NCBI GenBank assembly: GCA_026707145.1
Contig: JAPOXK010000021.1
Coordinates: forward strand, 169,588 to 233,587
Direction: 5' to 3'
Length of the DNA: 64,000 bases
From: Chloroflexota bacterium
GTDB taxonomy: Bacteria > Chloroflexota > Dehalococcoidia > Bin125
Below the pieces are notes generated by a model that saw only the letters and a program-made list of their open reading frames with translations, ran no database searches and was not told the DNA's origin. Shown one piece after another: positions 46,064 to 55,519 of the stretch. Position 1 is the first letter of the stretch, and each line of letters begins with the position of its first letter. Position numbers and translations under genes: made by a program.

Positions 46064-46773
46064 CTCTCTCCCGCCCGGCCCGTGCGTTTACGTTCGACTG
46101 CTACGGCACCCTCATCGACTGGGATGCAGGAATCCATGCTGCTCTGCAGGCGATCCCTGCTCTCGATGGCCTCGACCTCGACGCTTTCGTCCTCAGGCGC
46201 GAGCGAATCGAGATGGAGATCGAAGCGGGCGCCTACCTTCCCTATGAGACGGTCCTGGCTCGCTCGCTGCAGCAAACCGCAGAAGCCTTCGGTGGCTGCG
46301 TCAGTGATTCCGAGGCTCGTGAATTCGCCACCTCTGTTCCGAACTGGCCTGCCTTCTCGGACGCTTCATCCTTTTTGCGCCGCCTCCGCGCTCTCGACAA
46401 GCCGCTCCTCATCCTCTCCAACATTACGAACGCTATTCTCCGTCAAAGCATCCGCAAGCTCGAAGTCCCTTTCGATGCGTTGGTCACCGCTGAGGACGTG
46501 CGCAGCTACAAGCCAGCCGCTGCTCACTGGACTGAGGCGCTGGCGCGACTCGGTCTACGGTCGACCGATCTGCTTCATATCGCCGCATCTCCCTATCACG
46601 ACATCGAGCCTGCTGCACGGCTCGGAATCCCTTGTGTCTGGGTGAACCGGCGAGACGTCTCTTCGCCGCTTGCTGCGGGCGCCGCCCTCACCGTGCCCGG
46701 CTTGGAGGCTCTTGCCGCTTCCCTCGATCTCCCGCCGGCCTCAGAGGTTGCCGCGAACCCCCGAGAGCGTTAG
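46060..46773 (+). CDS. HAD-superfamily hydrolase (haloacid dehalogenase type II-like)
   Basis: Motif I FDCYGTLIDW, motif II ILSNITN, and the C-terminal motif WVNRRD region. The start overlaps the dinB stop (ATGA). Confidence 0.7.
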   Translation: MTLSRPARAFTFDCYGTLIDWDAGIHAALQAIPALDGLDLDAFVLRRERIEMEIEAGAYLPYETVLARSLQQTAEAFGGCVSDSEAREFATSVPNWPAFSDASSFLRRLRALDKPLLILSNITNAILRQSIRKLEVPFDALVTAEDVRSYKPAAAHWTEALARLGLRSTDLLHIAASPYHDIEPAARLGIPCVWVNRRDVSSPLAAGAALTVPGLEALAASLDLPPASEVAANPRER

Positions 46774-46962
46774 CCACACGCTACCCCCACCGCAGGAGGG
46801 CGCATGAGCAGTCACTACCACCGCGTTGTCTGCCACGCCCACACATAGGCATTGCCGCCGGAGCCGGAATCTCTCTCCACCACGCGTCTGAAATGGAACT
46901 GTCGCCCGCACCCCACCCGGGCCGCACGGTTGCGGCACTGCCCGCCCCGTCACAGGGACCGT

Positions 46963-47283
46963 TCAAGATCCGGGAGGACGGTAGGGCACGCTCCTGGCGA
47001 TGGCCTCGTCCACGGTCTCCGCGGTGACCAGCACCGTGACGCTGACCGTGAGGGCGCCGGCGGCACCGAGGGCGAGAGACACGGCCGTCGCCGCCGCGTC
47101 ATCGGGCAGGTCGGCGATGATGAAGAGATCGTCCTTGCCGAAGGCGTAGTAGAACGACTCCAGGGTGCCGCCCGCGCCCTCAATGGTCTCCGTCAGAGCT
47201 GCCCTCCGGCTCGTCCCCCCCTCCTTGCTCAGGCCGGCGAGACCTTCCTGCGTGTAGCTCGCCTGCAGCAAGTATTTACCCAT
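46963..47283 (-). CDS. GYD-domain protein
   Basis: MGKYLLQASYTQEGLAGL…GGTLESFYYAFGKDDLFIIADLPDDAAATAVSLAL matches the GYD family. Confidence 0.7.
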   Translation of the reverse strand: MGKYLLQASYTQEGLAGLSKEGGTSRRAALTETIEGAGGTLESFYYAFGKDDLFIIADLPDDAAATAVSLALGAAGALTVSVTVLVTAETVDEAIARSVPYRPPGS

Positions 47284-47561
47284 CCAGCAACCTCCTCAGT
47301 GTGCTAAGGGATCCCCATCAGCGGCCAATATCGCGGCCGCGTATTGCCGTGTCAACGCGGCCTGCCGCGAGGCACCCGTTCCCCACGCTGCAACAATCTT
47401 CCCGCGGCGAGCGGTCAGCGCTGCCATCCACTATGCCCGCCCGGCGTCCCGCGTCCTGGCGCTGTCGCATCCCGTCGCCGCCCCTAGAATGGGGCGCCAG
47501 AGCGCACGGAGTCGTGCTGGCCCGCAGCCTGCGACGGGCGCTCGGACGGGAGAGCGTTGCG

Positions 47562-49313
47562 ATGACACCGCCGGCTTCGGAGAGCCCGCGGTACGAGGCG
47601 GACGAGCAGTCTCCTCTGCTGCCGACGCTCGGCTACGGCCTACAGTTCAGCCTGATCGCCGCCGCCACGCTCTTGGTCACCCCCGTGATCGTCGCCAACG
47701 CCGCGGAGCGTGGCGAGCCATATGTGACCTGGATGGTCTTCGCTTCGCTGGTGGTGGTAGGGATCTCCACGATCATCCAGGTGCGGCGGCTGGGCGGCGT
47801 GGGCGCGGGTGCGGTGCTGCCGATGTTCACCGCCGCCTTCTCCATCCCCTTCTGCATCACCGCCCTGGTGGATGGTGGCCCCGCCACGCTCACGACGCTG
47901 CTCCTCGTCGCGGCGGGGGTCCAGCTGGTCGCCTCCCGCTGGCTGTTCCTCCTGCGGCGTTTCGTGACGCCGACGGTGGGCGGCACGGTCATGATGATCC
48001 TGTCCATCACGCTGGCCTCGGTCGTGTTCGACCTACTCGATACGGCTACACGGGCAGAGCCGGATGCGGCGGCGGTGACCGCCCTCGTAACACTGGGGGT
48101 GGCAGCGGCGCTCATGTTGCGCAGATCGGCGGTCCTGCGCTTCTGGGGTCCGCTGGCGGGTATCGTGGCGGGCTGCATCGTGGCGGGGGGTCTGGGCATC
48201 TACGACACAGCGCGGATCGCCGAGGCGGCGTGGATCGGGCTACCGGCCGAGGCGCCCGGACTGGCTTTGGACTTCAGCATCGACTTCTGGACGTTAGTGC
48301 CAGCCTTTCTCTTTCTCGGCGTGATCATCGCCATCCAGGCAAACGGCGCGGCGATCGCCATGCAGCGAGTCGCCTGGCGGGACGACCGTGCTGTCGACTT
48401 CCGGCAAGTGCAGGGCGCCGTGGCGGGGGCGGGCGCCAGCAACGTGTTCGCCGGACTCGCGGGTACGGTGCCCAACGCCATCAACCCGGCCGTCATCCCG
48501 TTCACGCAGATCACCGGCATCGCGGCTCGCCGGCTGGGGTACGCCATTGGGCTCCTCCTGTTGGGAGTGGCGTTCCTGCCTAAAGTGTCGGCGGTGCTGA
48601 GCAGCATCCCGGGGCCCGTGATGACGGGGTATCTGATCATGGTGACGGGCGCTCTGTTCGTCGACGGCGCGCGCACGGTCATCCAGCATGAGCAACACCA
48701 GGAGAAGATCGTGGTGGCGGGGGTGTGTTTCTGGATCGCGGCGGCGTTTCAGTTCGATCTGTTCGCCCTGCCCGACGTGGGCGCGGTCGGAGGGGCACTG
48801 CTGGAGAGTGGCATTACCACGGGGGGATTGGCCGCGATCGTGATGATCCTGTATCTGGAGTTTACGAATCCTCGCCGCCTGCGCTTCCAGGCGCCGCTTG
48901 ACGTGGCGGCCCTGCCGGAACTCAACGCATTCCTTGCCCGGTTCGCGCAGCGCCGGGGCTGGGACACGGCGATGCAGGAACGGTTAGGCGCGGTCGCGGA
49001 AGAGACGCTCCTCACACTCGCGCCACTGGATCTGAGCCCGGACGGCGCGGAGGAGCAGCCGCAAACGGCGCGGCAGCTGGTGGTGCTCGCCTCGAGTGAG
49101 GGAACCGCGGCGGACCTGGAGTTCATCGGCGGAGGGACCGGCGTCAACCTCGAGGATCAGATCCGACAGATCCAGCAGCACGATACGCTGACCGTGGTCG
49201 AGCAGGAACTCTCGCTGGTGCTGCTGCGGAGCTACGCCGCCTCCGTTACGCACCAGCAGTACCACGATACGGACATCATCACCGTGCGGGTCCTGCCGCC
49301 CGACCCGCGCTGA
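47562..49313 (+). CDS. NCS2-like (nucleobase:cation symporter-2 / xanthine-uracil permease family) transporter with ~170-aa C-terminal cytoplasmic extension
   Basis: A polytopic membrane core about 410 aa long. LGYGLQFSLIAAATLLVTPVIV resembles the NCS2 TM1 motif. The C-terminal soluble region (LPELNAFLARFAQRRGWD…VAEETLLTLA…) weakly resembles an anti-sigma-factor-like GHKL-fold domain; this is low confidence. Start chosen at ATG 47562. Confidence 0.6.
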   Translation: MTPPASESPRYEADEQSPLLPTLGYGLQFSLIAAATLLVTPVIVANAAERGEPYVTWMVFASLVVVGISTIIQVRRLGGVGAGAVLPMFTAAFSIPFCITALVDGGPATLTTLLLVAAGVQLVASRWLFLLRRFVTPTVGGTVMMILSITLASVVFDLLDTATRAEPDAAAVTALVTLGVAAALMLRRSAVLRFWGPLAGIVAGCIVAGGLGIYDTARIAEAAWIGLPAEAPGLALDFSIDFWTLVPAFLFLGVIIAIQANGAAIAMQRVAWRDDRAVDFRQVQGAVAGAGASNVFAGLAGTVPNAINPAVIPFTQITGIAARRLGYAIGLLLLGVAFLPKVSAVLSSIPGPVMTGYLIMVTGALFVDGARTVIQHEQHQEKIVVAGVCFWIAAAFQFDLFALPDVGAVGGALLESGITTGGLAAIVMILYLEFTNPRRLRFQAPLDVAALPELNAFLARFAQRRGWDTAMQERLGAVAEETLLTLAPLDLSPDGAEEQPQTARQLVVLASSEGTAADLEFIGGGTGVNLEDQIRQIQQHDTLTVVEQELSLVLLRSYAASVTHQQYHDTDIITVRVLPPDPR

Positions 49314-49423
49314 GGGCCCCGCCGTAGCCGCCCAGTCGACCGCGCCGCTCCGGCGGGGTCAGGCAAGTTCCCCTATGATCCGCGGGGAAGCTGCATACCC
49401 CGTCCTGAACGAGGAGCCCAGGC

Positions 49424-49795
49424 ATGATTATTCACCGCATCTACACCGGCGACGACAACGAGTCCCACCTTGAGACGATCGAGGTGCCGATGGAGGCCTC
49501 GGAGCTTGGGCATGTTTCCAAGATGGAAGGCGCGACCGGCGTGATCTTCCGCGAGACTCCCGCCGACTTCTTCTTGGACTACCACAACGCCCCTGCTCGC
49601 CAGTTCGTCGTCAACATGGGTGGCCAGACCGAGATTGAAGTTGCGGATGGTTCGAAGGTGACCATCGGCGACGGGGACATCATCTTCGCCGAAGACGTTA
49701 CCGGCCACGGTCACATCAGTCGCGGCCTCACTGGTCCCCGCCACTCGCTCTTCATCGTCATGCCCGACAGCTTCGACATCACACGGTGGAAGTAA
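49424..49795 (+). CDS. Small cupin-fold protein, paralog 1
   Basis: 123 aa; YHNAPARQFVVNMGGQTEIEVADGSKVTIGDGDIIFAEDVTGHGH. Roughly 60% identical to the following ORF. Confidence 0.55.
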   Translation: MIIHRIYTGDDNESHLETIEVPMEASELGHVSKMEGATGVIFRETPADFFLDYHNAPARQFVVNMGGQTEIEVADGSKVTIGDGDIIFAEDVTGHGHISRGLTGPRHSLFIVMPDSFDITRWK

Positions 49796-50184
49796 TCTGG
49801 ATCTACGCGGGGGAGGATGGCGAGTCGCGGATCGAGCGGGTCGAGATTCCCCTAGAGCCCTCCGGTGTCGGGCTGGTCTCGCGGCTGGAGCAGGCCACGG
49901 GCGTGCTCTTTCGTGACACGCGCGCCGACCTCCGCCTCGGCTACCACAATGCCCCGCGTCGTCAGTTCGTCATCAACATGGGCGGCGAAACCGAGATCGC
50001 AGTAGGGGACGGCAGCAGCGTCCGCGTTCCCGATGGCGGCATCATCTTCGCCGAGGACGTCACGGGCCGCGGTCATATCACCCGCAGCCTCGGCGCCGCA
50101 TGCCGAACGGTCTGCATCGAGATGCCCGACAGCTTCGACATCACCAAGTGGCGCACGTCACTGCCGGGTGCGGGCTCCGCCTAA
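49786..50184 (+). CDS. Small cupin-fold protein, paralog 2
   Basis: 132 aa; YHNAPRRQFVINMGGETEIAVGDGSSVRVPDGGIIFAEDVTGRGH. GTG start overlaps the 3' end of paralog 1. Confidence 0.55.
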   Translation: MEVIWIYAGEDGESRIERVEIPLEPSGVGLVSRLEQATGVLFRDTRADLRLGYHNAPRRQFVINMGGETEIAVGDGSSVRVPDGGIIFAEDVTGRGHITRSLGAACRTVCIEMPDSFDITKWRTSLPGAGSA

Positions 50185-50185
50185 A

Positions 50186-50752
50186 CTAGTCGCCGTCCCA
50201 GAGCGGCCTCTTGTGATAGCGCGCGTGCAGCTGGAAGGCGCTCACCGTCAGTGCGTGCGTGATCTGACCCTCCGCGAATAGGCGTGGGATCTCGGCCAGC
50301 GGTATGCGCACGAGTGCGTCGATCGCTTCACTTCCATCGTCGCCGCGCGGCGTGCCCGCCCGATCCAATCCTTCGGCCAGAAAGCTGTAGCAGCGGTTCT
50401 CGAGGATCGCCGGATTGGGATAGACCCAGCCCAGCTCCACCGCGTCCGCTGCGATCCAGCCTGTCTCCTCGTGCAGCTCCCGCAGCGCTGCTTCCTTGGG
50501 CGACTCGCCTTCGTCAACCGTGCCCCCGGGAATCTCGATCGTGGACTCGCGCGCGCCGTGGCGATACTGCCGCACCATGAGCAGCTCCCCATCCGCCGTT
50601 ATCGGGAGGATGTTCACCCAGTCGGGGAACTCGATCACGTAGAACTCGTGCGGCGACCCCCGGCGCGGGTGGACGCTGGTGTCGCGGCGCACGCGGAAGA
50701 ATTGGTAATCGGCCAGCGGCTCGCTGGCGCGTCGTTCCCAACGGGCGCCCAT
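50186..50752 (-). CDS. NUDIX hydrolase (ADP-ribose pyrophosphatase-like)
   Basis: Nudix box GGTVDEGESPKEAALRELHEETG. Confidence 0.8.
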   Translation of the reverse strand: MGARWERRASEPLADYQFFRVRRDTSVHPRRGSPHEFYVIEFPDWVNILPITADGELLMVRQYRHGARESTIEIPGGTVDEGESPKEAALRELHEETGWIAADAVELGWVYPNPAILENRCYSFLAEGLDRAGTPRGDDGSEAIDALVRIPLAEIPRLFAEGQITHALTVSAFQLHARYHKRPLWDGD

Positions 50753-50783
50753 GTCGCCGGCCTACAGGAGAGTGGCGGGCGCC

Positions 50784-51947
50784 TTAAAACTGACGCTCTT
50801 GGATGTTGCGGCTGATGGTCAGCCGTTGAATCTGATTCGTCCCCTCGAAGATTTGAAAGACCTTGGCGTCGCGCATCCACTTCTCGCCTGGGTTATCGCG
50901 CATGTAACCGGAGCCACCGAGTACTTGGACGGCGTCCGTGGTGACCTTCATTGCAGCGTCGCTTGCGAAAGCCTTGGCCTTGCTCGCCTCTTCCAAGGTG
51001 AGCTCCTCGCCGCGGCTCAACATCCACCCGGCGCGCCAGCACAACAACCGTGCCGCATCCAGCGCGATGTCCATGTCCGCCAACATGAAGCCGACGCCTT
51101 GATGCTCAATAATCGGCTTTCCGAACGACTGACGCATCTTGGCGAAGACGGCCGCGTATTCGAATGCGGCGCGGCCGATCCCGAGCGCCATGATCCCGAT
51201 CTGCGGCCGAGTGCCGGTCAGCGTTCCCAGTGCGCCCCGGCCGCCACTGCGGTGCTCGGGATCCGGCGGACCAAGCCGATGATCGGCCGGGACCCGGACC
51301 TCGTTGAGCATCAGGTCGGCTGTGTGGCTGCAGCGCAGCCCCATCTTCTTCCAGACGTGGGTTTCCTCCAATCCCGGCGCCTCCTTGGGCACGGCGAACG
51401 CCGAGACGCCCTTCCAGCCCATTCCCGGGTCTTCCGTGGCAAACACCACTGTGAGATCCGCGATCCCGCCGCCGGTGATCCAGCGCTTCTGGCCGTAGAG
51501 GATGTAATCGTCGCCGTCGCGCTTGGCGATGGTCTTCAGTTTTCCGGCGTCCGAACCCGATTCGGATTCCGTTAGTGCCAGCGCTCCGATACGAAACTCG
51601 TCGTCATGCGGCAGCGCCATTGGAAGGAAGCGATCACGCTGCTCCTCCGTGCCGATCAGGTTGATCGCCGTCGCCGCGAGACCTCCGGCCAGCATCCCGA
51701 GCGCCATGCCGCCACAGCCCCAGGCAAGCTCTTCACCGATGATCAGGCTGCCAATCCCTTCGTCGAGATCTGGTCCCGCCAGCGGCTCGCCGTGCAAGCC
51801 CAAAGCCGCGCCCCTCTTCGCGATGTCCCAGGGAAACTCCTCGCGCTCGTCGTACTCGAGCGCGCGCGGTGCCATCTCCTTGACGGCGAAGTCGTGCGCC
51901 ACCTTCTTGATCATGCGTTCGGTCTCGGTGAGGGCGAAGTCGGTCAT
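50784..51947 (-). CDS. Acyl-CoA dehydrogenase
   Basis: ACAD N, middle and C domains. ALTESESGSDAG, and the C-terminal QIFEGTNQIQRLTISR with catalytic Glu. Confidence 0.88.
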   Translation of the reverse strand: MTDFALTETERMIKKVAHDFAVKEMAPRALEYDEREEFPWDIAKRGAALGLHGEPLAGPDLDEGIGSLIIGEELAWGCGGMALGMLAGGLAATAINLIGTEEQRDRFLPMALPHDDEFRIGALALTESESGSDAGKLKTIAKRDGDDYILYGQKRWITGGGIADLTVVFATEDPGMGWKGVSAFAVPKEAPGLEETHVWKKMGLRCSHTADLMLNEVRVPADHRLGPPDPEHRSGGRGALGTLTGTRPQIGIMALGIGRAAFEYAAVFAKMRQSFGKPIIEHQGVGFMLADMDIALDAARLLCWRAGWMLSRGEELTLEEASKAKAFASDAAMKVTTDAVQVLGGSGYMRDNPGEKWMRDAKVFQIFEGTNQIQRLTISRNIQERQF

Positions 51948-51985
51948 CGTGGCTCCGATCCGTGTCGCCTGCTGGGGGCGAGTTC

Positions 51986-52819
51986 CTAGGAGGGGATAAA
52001 GCGATCCATCACGCGCCGGTACGCGGCCGCCTGGAGGAACTCGTCGATGCCGGCGTCGCGGAACTGTGCGTCCAGATTGTCGGTCAGCGTGTCCTTAAAT
52101 TCTTCGATGTCAATGCCGATCGCGACTGCGTGCGGCTTCGCCCGCCGCAATCCGACGCTCACCGCGCTGACGAGCAAGAGCTGGCTCTGCCACAAGTAGA
52201 TCCGTCCTATCCGTGAGAGGTTCCCAATCAGGCCTGGCAACACCGTATGCAGAAAGTTCACGTGGCGCACTTCGTCACGCAGGATGAATCGGAAGATATC
52301 CGCCGCCAGCGGGTCGATGTCCGGGAGGCCGCGGCTCATCTGCAGGAACAGTGCCGCGAAGTTCTCGCTGAAGAGTGTGGACGTCAGCCAATTCTCCACG
52401 CGAAAGAAGCCGAAAGAGGCGATTGTGCCGAACTTGTCGATTAGGCCGGATTCCAGCCCGCTGAGCATGCCCTTCCCGTCGGCCGTCTCCAGATAGCGAT
52501 CCAGCACGTAGGCATGCCGCGCCTCATCCTGGCATTGGGCAGCCAGGTAGAGGTTGAGGTTGGGATCGCGGAGTTGATGGGTGGCCTTGCTCATCATCAC
52601 CTGAATGGTTTCGAGGCCCATGTACTCGAGTCCGTAGAAAACATTCACGAGTTTCAGCCAAGGCTCACGCTTTTCAGGCGGGATCTTGGGTCCAAGGCTC
52701 CAGTCGACATCGCGATCTGCGTTCCAGAGACGATCGCCCTGCTGTCGGAACAGATCGCGATAGAGGTTCCGCTGCTCTTCCGATGCTCCCAGCGCCACTG
52801 CTACCGGCGACCGCCGCAT
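51986..52819 (-). CDS. Ferritin-like diiron-carboxylate protein (AurF / acyl-ACP-desaturase-like oxygenase family)
   Basis: Two ExxH motifs in helical context (QDEARHAYVL and RDEVRHVNFL). 277 aa. Lies immediately upstream of the acyl-CoA dehydrogenase on the same strand. Confidence 0.55.
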   Translation of the reverse strand: MRRSPVAVALGASEEQRNLYRDLFRQQGDRLWNADRDVDWSLGPKIPPEKREPWLKLVNVFYGLEYMGLETIQVMMSKATHQLRDPNLNLYLAAQCQDEARHAYVLDRYLETADGKGMLSGLESGLIDKFGTIASFGFFRVENWLTSTLFSENFAALFLQMSRGLPDIDPLAADIFRFILRDEVRHVNFLHTVLPGLIGNLSRIGRIYLWQSQLLLVSAVSVGLRRAKPHAVAIGIDIEEFKDTLTDNLDAQFRDAGIDEFLQAAAYRRVMDRFIPS

Positions 52820-52920
52820 CGGGCTTCCCTCTCTGTCCCGAGCCTATTCGAAGCGCAGCATGCCGGCGCTGCGCTTCGAAGTATACCGGCCATTTCTCAC
52901 CGACCCAGCGACTCGCGCGC

Positions 52921-54498
52921 TCAGAAGCCGATCGCGGCGCCTTCGCGGCGCAGATCACTGACGCCCTCCCAGCCACCGCTTGGGAGACGCGCAACCGCTT
53001 GCACCGACCCCAGCCCTGGGATCCAGTCGCCTTGGCGTTGGAGCACGTGCCCGCGCCGTTCCAGATTCTCTAATGTAGACGCGAGGATCCGCTCTTCCAC
53101 CACGACTTCACGACTCGCTGTGTGCCCCCAGCGCGCCGCGTCGATCGCCGCCTGGAGGCTCAGGCCGTAATCGACGAGTCCGGTGATGATCTGCATGTTC
53201 GTTTGCACCTGGAAGTCGGCGCCCGGCGTCCCGGCCGCCAGCCAAAATTCTCCGTTGCGGAACAGGGTGAAGGTGTTGAGCGTGTGAACTGTCCGCTTGC
53301 CTGGTGCCATTACGTTCGGGTGACCCGGCGTCAGGCTGAAACCCAGCATGCGATTGTTAAGCAGCACGCCGGTCTTTCCGGCCACCGCCGCGCAGCCGAA
53401 CGGATGGTACACGCTTTGGATGAAGCTGACCGCTCTTCCATCGCGATCCCCAACTGCGAACTGAGTCGTGTCGGTGGGCCTACTGTCGGCGGCAGGCTGC
53501 AGGTTCGCGCGCTCCGGGTCGATCGCTCTCGCACGATCCCGGGCGCGTTCAGCCGAGAGAAGGTCCGCCCAATCGACGCTGAGGAAGCGGGGGTCGCCGG
53601 CTGCTGCGGAACGATCGGCGAACGCCAGCTTTTTGGCCTCGATCATTATGTGGATGGAATCGCTGGAGAGGTGTCCCTGCGAGGCGAGGTCGAACGACTC
53701 CAAGAGGAGGAGCTCTTGCAGGAGCACGTGTCCCTGCGAGATGGGGGGCTGCTCGGTCACGACCACGTCCCGATACGGCGCCCGGAGCGGCTCGCCAACG
53801 ACGCACTCGTGCGCCAGGAGGTCGGCGGCGGAGATCAAACCAGCGGCTTGTTCTGCAAAGGCCAGCGCTAGCTCCGCACCGATCGGTCCGCCATAGAACG
53901 CGGCGCGTCCCCCTGTCGCGAACGCTTCGAGCGTTTGCGCCAATTGAGGCTGGCGCAGCCGCTCGGCGGCCTGTGGTGGCCGGCTGTTCGGTAGGAAGAT
54001 CGCCGCTGCCGAGGCCGATTTCGCCAGCCGCGCTGCATGCTCCGCCAAGGCGCCCGCAACACCGGCCGACACGGGGAACCCGTCCCGCGCGAGGTCGACC
54101 GCGCGCGCGAACAAGCGATCAAGGGGCATGCTCCCATGCGCTTCGTGCAACGCTGCCCACGCATCGGGCAATCCCGGCACACATGCCGACCCCAGCCCGT
54201 CGCGAGGGACCGCCCCCCCGTACCGATCCGGTCGCGCCTCGCTGCCCGCCGTGCCGCCGGAGTTGTAGGCGAGCACACGGCCATCGGGTTCTACGACCTG
54301 CACGAAGCCGTCGCCGCCGATCCCGGTCATATGCGGAAGCACCACACAAAGCACTGCCGAGGCCGCAAGCGCGGCATCGACCGCGTTCCCGCCGTCCGCC
54401 AGCACTTCCACGGCGGCTGCGGTCGCCGCAGGGTGGCCGGTGGCGGCCATCGCCTGGGAGCCATACACGGGACTGCGCGCATCCGTTCCTGGTCTCAT
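52921..54498 (-). CDS. ggt: Gamma-glutamyltranspeptidase family protein
   Basis: Motifs MTGIGGDGF, the autoprocessing site TTQFAVGDRDGRAVSFIQSVYHPFG, and GVLLNNRM. Confidence 0.85.
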   Translation of the reverse strand: MRPGTDARSPVYGSQAMAATGHPAATAAAVEVLADGGNAVDAALAASAVLCVVLPHMTGIGGDGFVQVVEPDGRVLAYNSGGTAGSEARPDRYGGAVPRDGLGSACVPGLPDAWAALHEAHGSMPLDRLFARAVDLARDGFPVSAGVAGALAEHAARLAKSASAAAIFLPNSRPPQAAERLRQPQLAQTLEAFATGGRAAFYGGPIGAELALAFAEQAAGLISAADLLAHECVVGEPLRAPYRDVVVTEQPPISQGHVLLQELLLLESFDLASQGHLSSDSIHIMIEAKKLAFADRSAAAGDPRFLSVDWADLLSAERARDRARAIDPERANLQPAADSRPTDTTQFAVGDRDGRAVSFIQSVYHPFGCAAVAGKTGVLLNNRMLGFSLTPGHPNVMAPGKRTVHTLNTFTLFRNGEFWLAAGTPGADFQVQTNMQIITGLVDYGLSLQAAIDAARWGHTASREVVVEERILASTLENLERRGHVLQRQGDWIPGLGSVQAVARLPSGGWEGVSDLRREGAAIGF

Positions 54499-54588
54499 GT
54501 GTCGATGCTGGCAGTGCTGCCTTCACGGCGTCAAACCTATCGAGCGCTCACCCAAGGCTGAGAGGGGTGCGCGCGGTATACTGTCCGC

Positions 54589-55041
54589 ATGATGTCCGAA
54601 CCTTCAGGCTCTAGCAGTTTCGACTCCGACGACGCCCTGCGCGTCATCGATGAAGCGGATGTGGTCGTTGTCGGTTTCGCGTGGCTCTCCGACCGCTTGC
54701 TTGTCGATGCCCGTCGCTCCGCTTCGGCAGGCCCCTACGTCCGCGTCGTCACGCCCGTGCGCACTCCCCAAGAGCGGATTCGCCAGCTTCGCGAGCTTCG
54801 GCCTGGCTTCAACGATCCCGACTCCTTCGTTTTCCTGCCTTGGAGCGGGCGCGTCGACAGCTTTGTCCAGGCCGGTCTTTACGACCGCATCCTTGGCCGC
54901 TGCGCGGACGATGAATCCGCTTTGAGCGACTGCCGAACCGCGCTGGAAAAGCTGGAGCAGCTCGACCGCGCGGATCTCCGTCAAGCGATCCGTGGTGGCG
55001 AGAAATACCACACGCTCTACGAGTATTCGCCCGCCGACTGA
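54589..55041 (+). CDS. Hypothetical protein
   Basis: 150-aa ORF with good codon usage. No family recognised. Confidence 0.45.
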   Translation: MMSEPSGSSSFDSDDALRVIDEADVVVVGFAWLSDRLLVDARRSASAGPYVRVVTPVRTPQERIRQLRELRPGFNDPDSFVFLPWSGRVDSFVQAGLYDRILGRCADDESALSDCRTALEKLEQLDRADLRQAIRGGEKYHTLYEYSPAD

Positions 55042-55149
55042 GCTACAGGCCGGCTGTCGCTTCGCTCAGGCTGCCCTCGCTGAGGGGAAACCTGTAAATC
55101 CACTTGCAAACATATCGTTGCCTTGATTACACTCCCAGCCGGTGGCGGG

Positions 55150-55174
55150 GCTTCAGGGTGAGTTCTCTTCCGGG
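55150..55174 (+). promoter_or_regulatory. Perfect 8-bp stem-loop (GAGTTCTC-N9-GAGAACTC) in a 5' leader / intergenic region
   Basis: The inverted repeat is read directly from the sequence. It is preceded by a possible sigma70-like promoter TTGCAA-N18-TACACT (55106-55135). Confidence 0.35.
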
Positions 55175-55286
55175 TTGAGAACTCGGCTCTTGCGAAGCCG
55201 ATGGCTCGTTGTCACTTCAGCTCCGTCAGGGAAGGAGTGGTGGCTTGGCACAGCGGTCGGCAACTGAGGGCGTGTCCCTGCGTACC

Positions 55287-55436
55287 ATGAGACGGAATTG
55301 CACTCACCACTGGCAGCTCACCCGCCCGGATGCTCAGTACTCTCGTGGGACCTGCGTCAAGTGCGGCATGAGCAAGCGCTTTATGAACTACGGGGAGGAG
55401 TTACGCGTCCCCTTTGGCCGCAGGCGGCGGAGCTAG
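55287..55436 (+). CDS. Hypothetical very small zinc-ribbon protein
   Basis: MRRNCTHHWQLTRPDAQYSRGTCVKCGMSKRF…; CxxH…CxxC. Low confidence; could be spurious. Confidence 0.3.
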   Translation: MRRNCTHHWQLTRPDAQYSRGTCVKCGMSKRFMNYGEELRVPFGRRRRS

Positions 55437-55519
55437 CAGCACGTTGCGCCTGCCGTTGAACAGGCCGGGGAACCATCCCGGCCTTCTTGCGAGTTCTCCT
55501 GTCGTGGGCTCGTCCAGCG

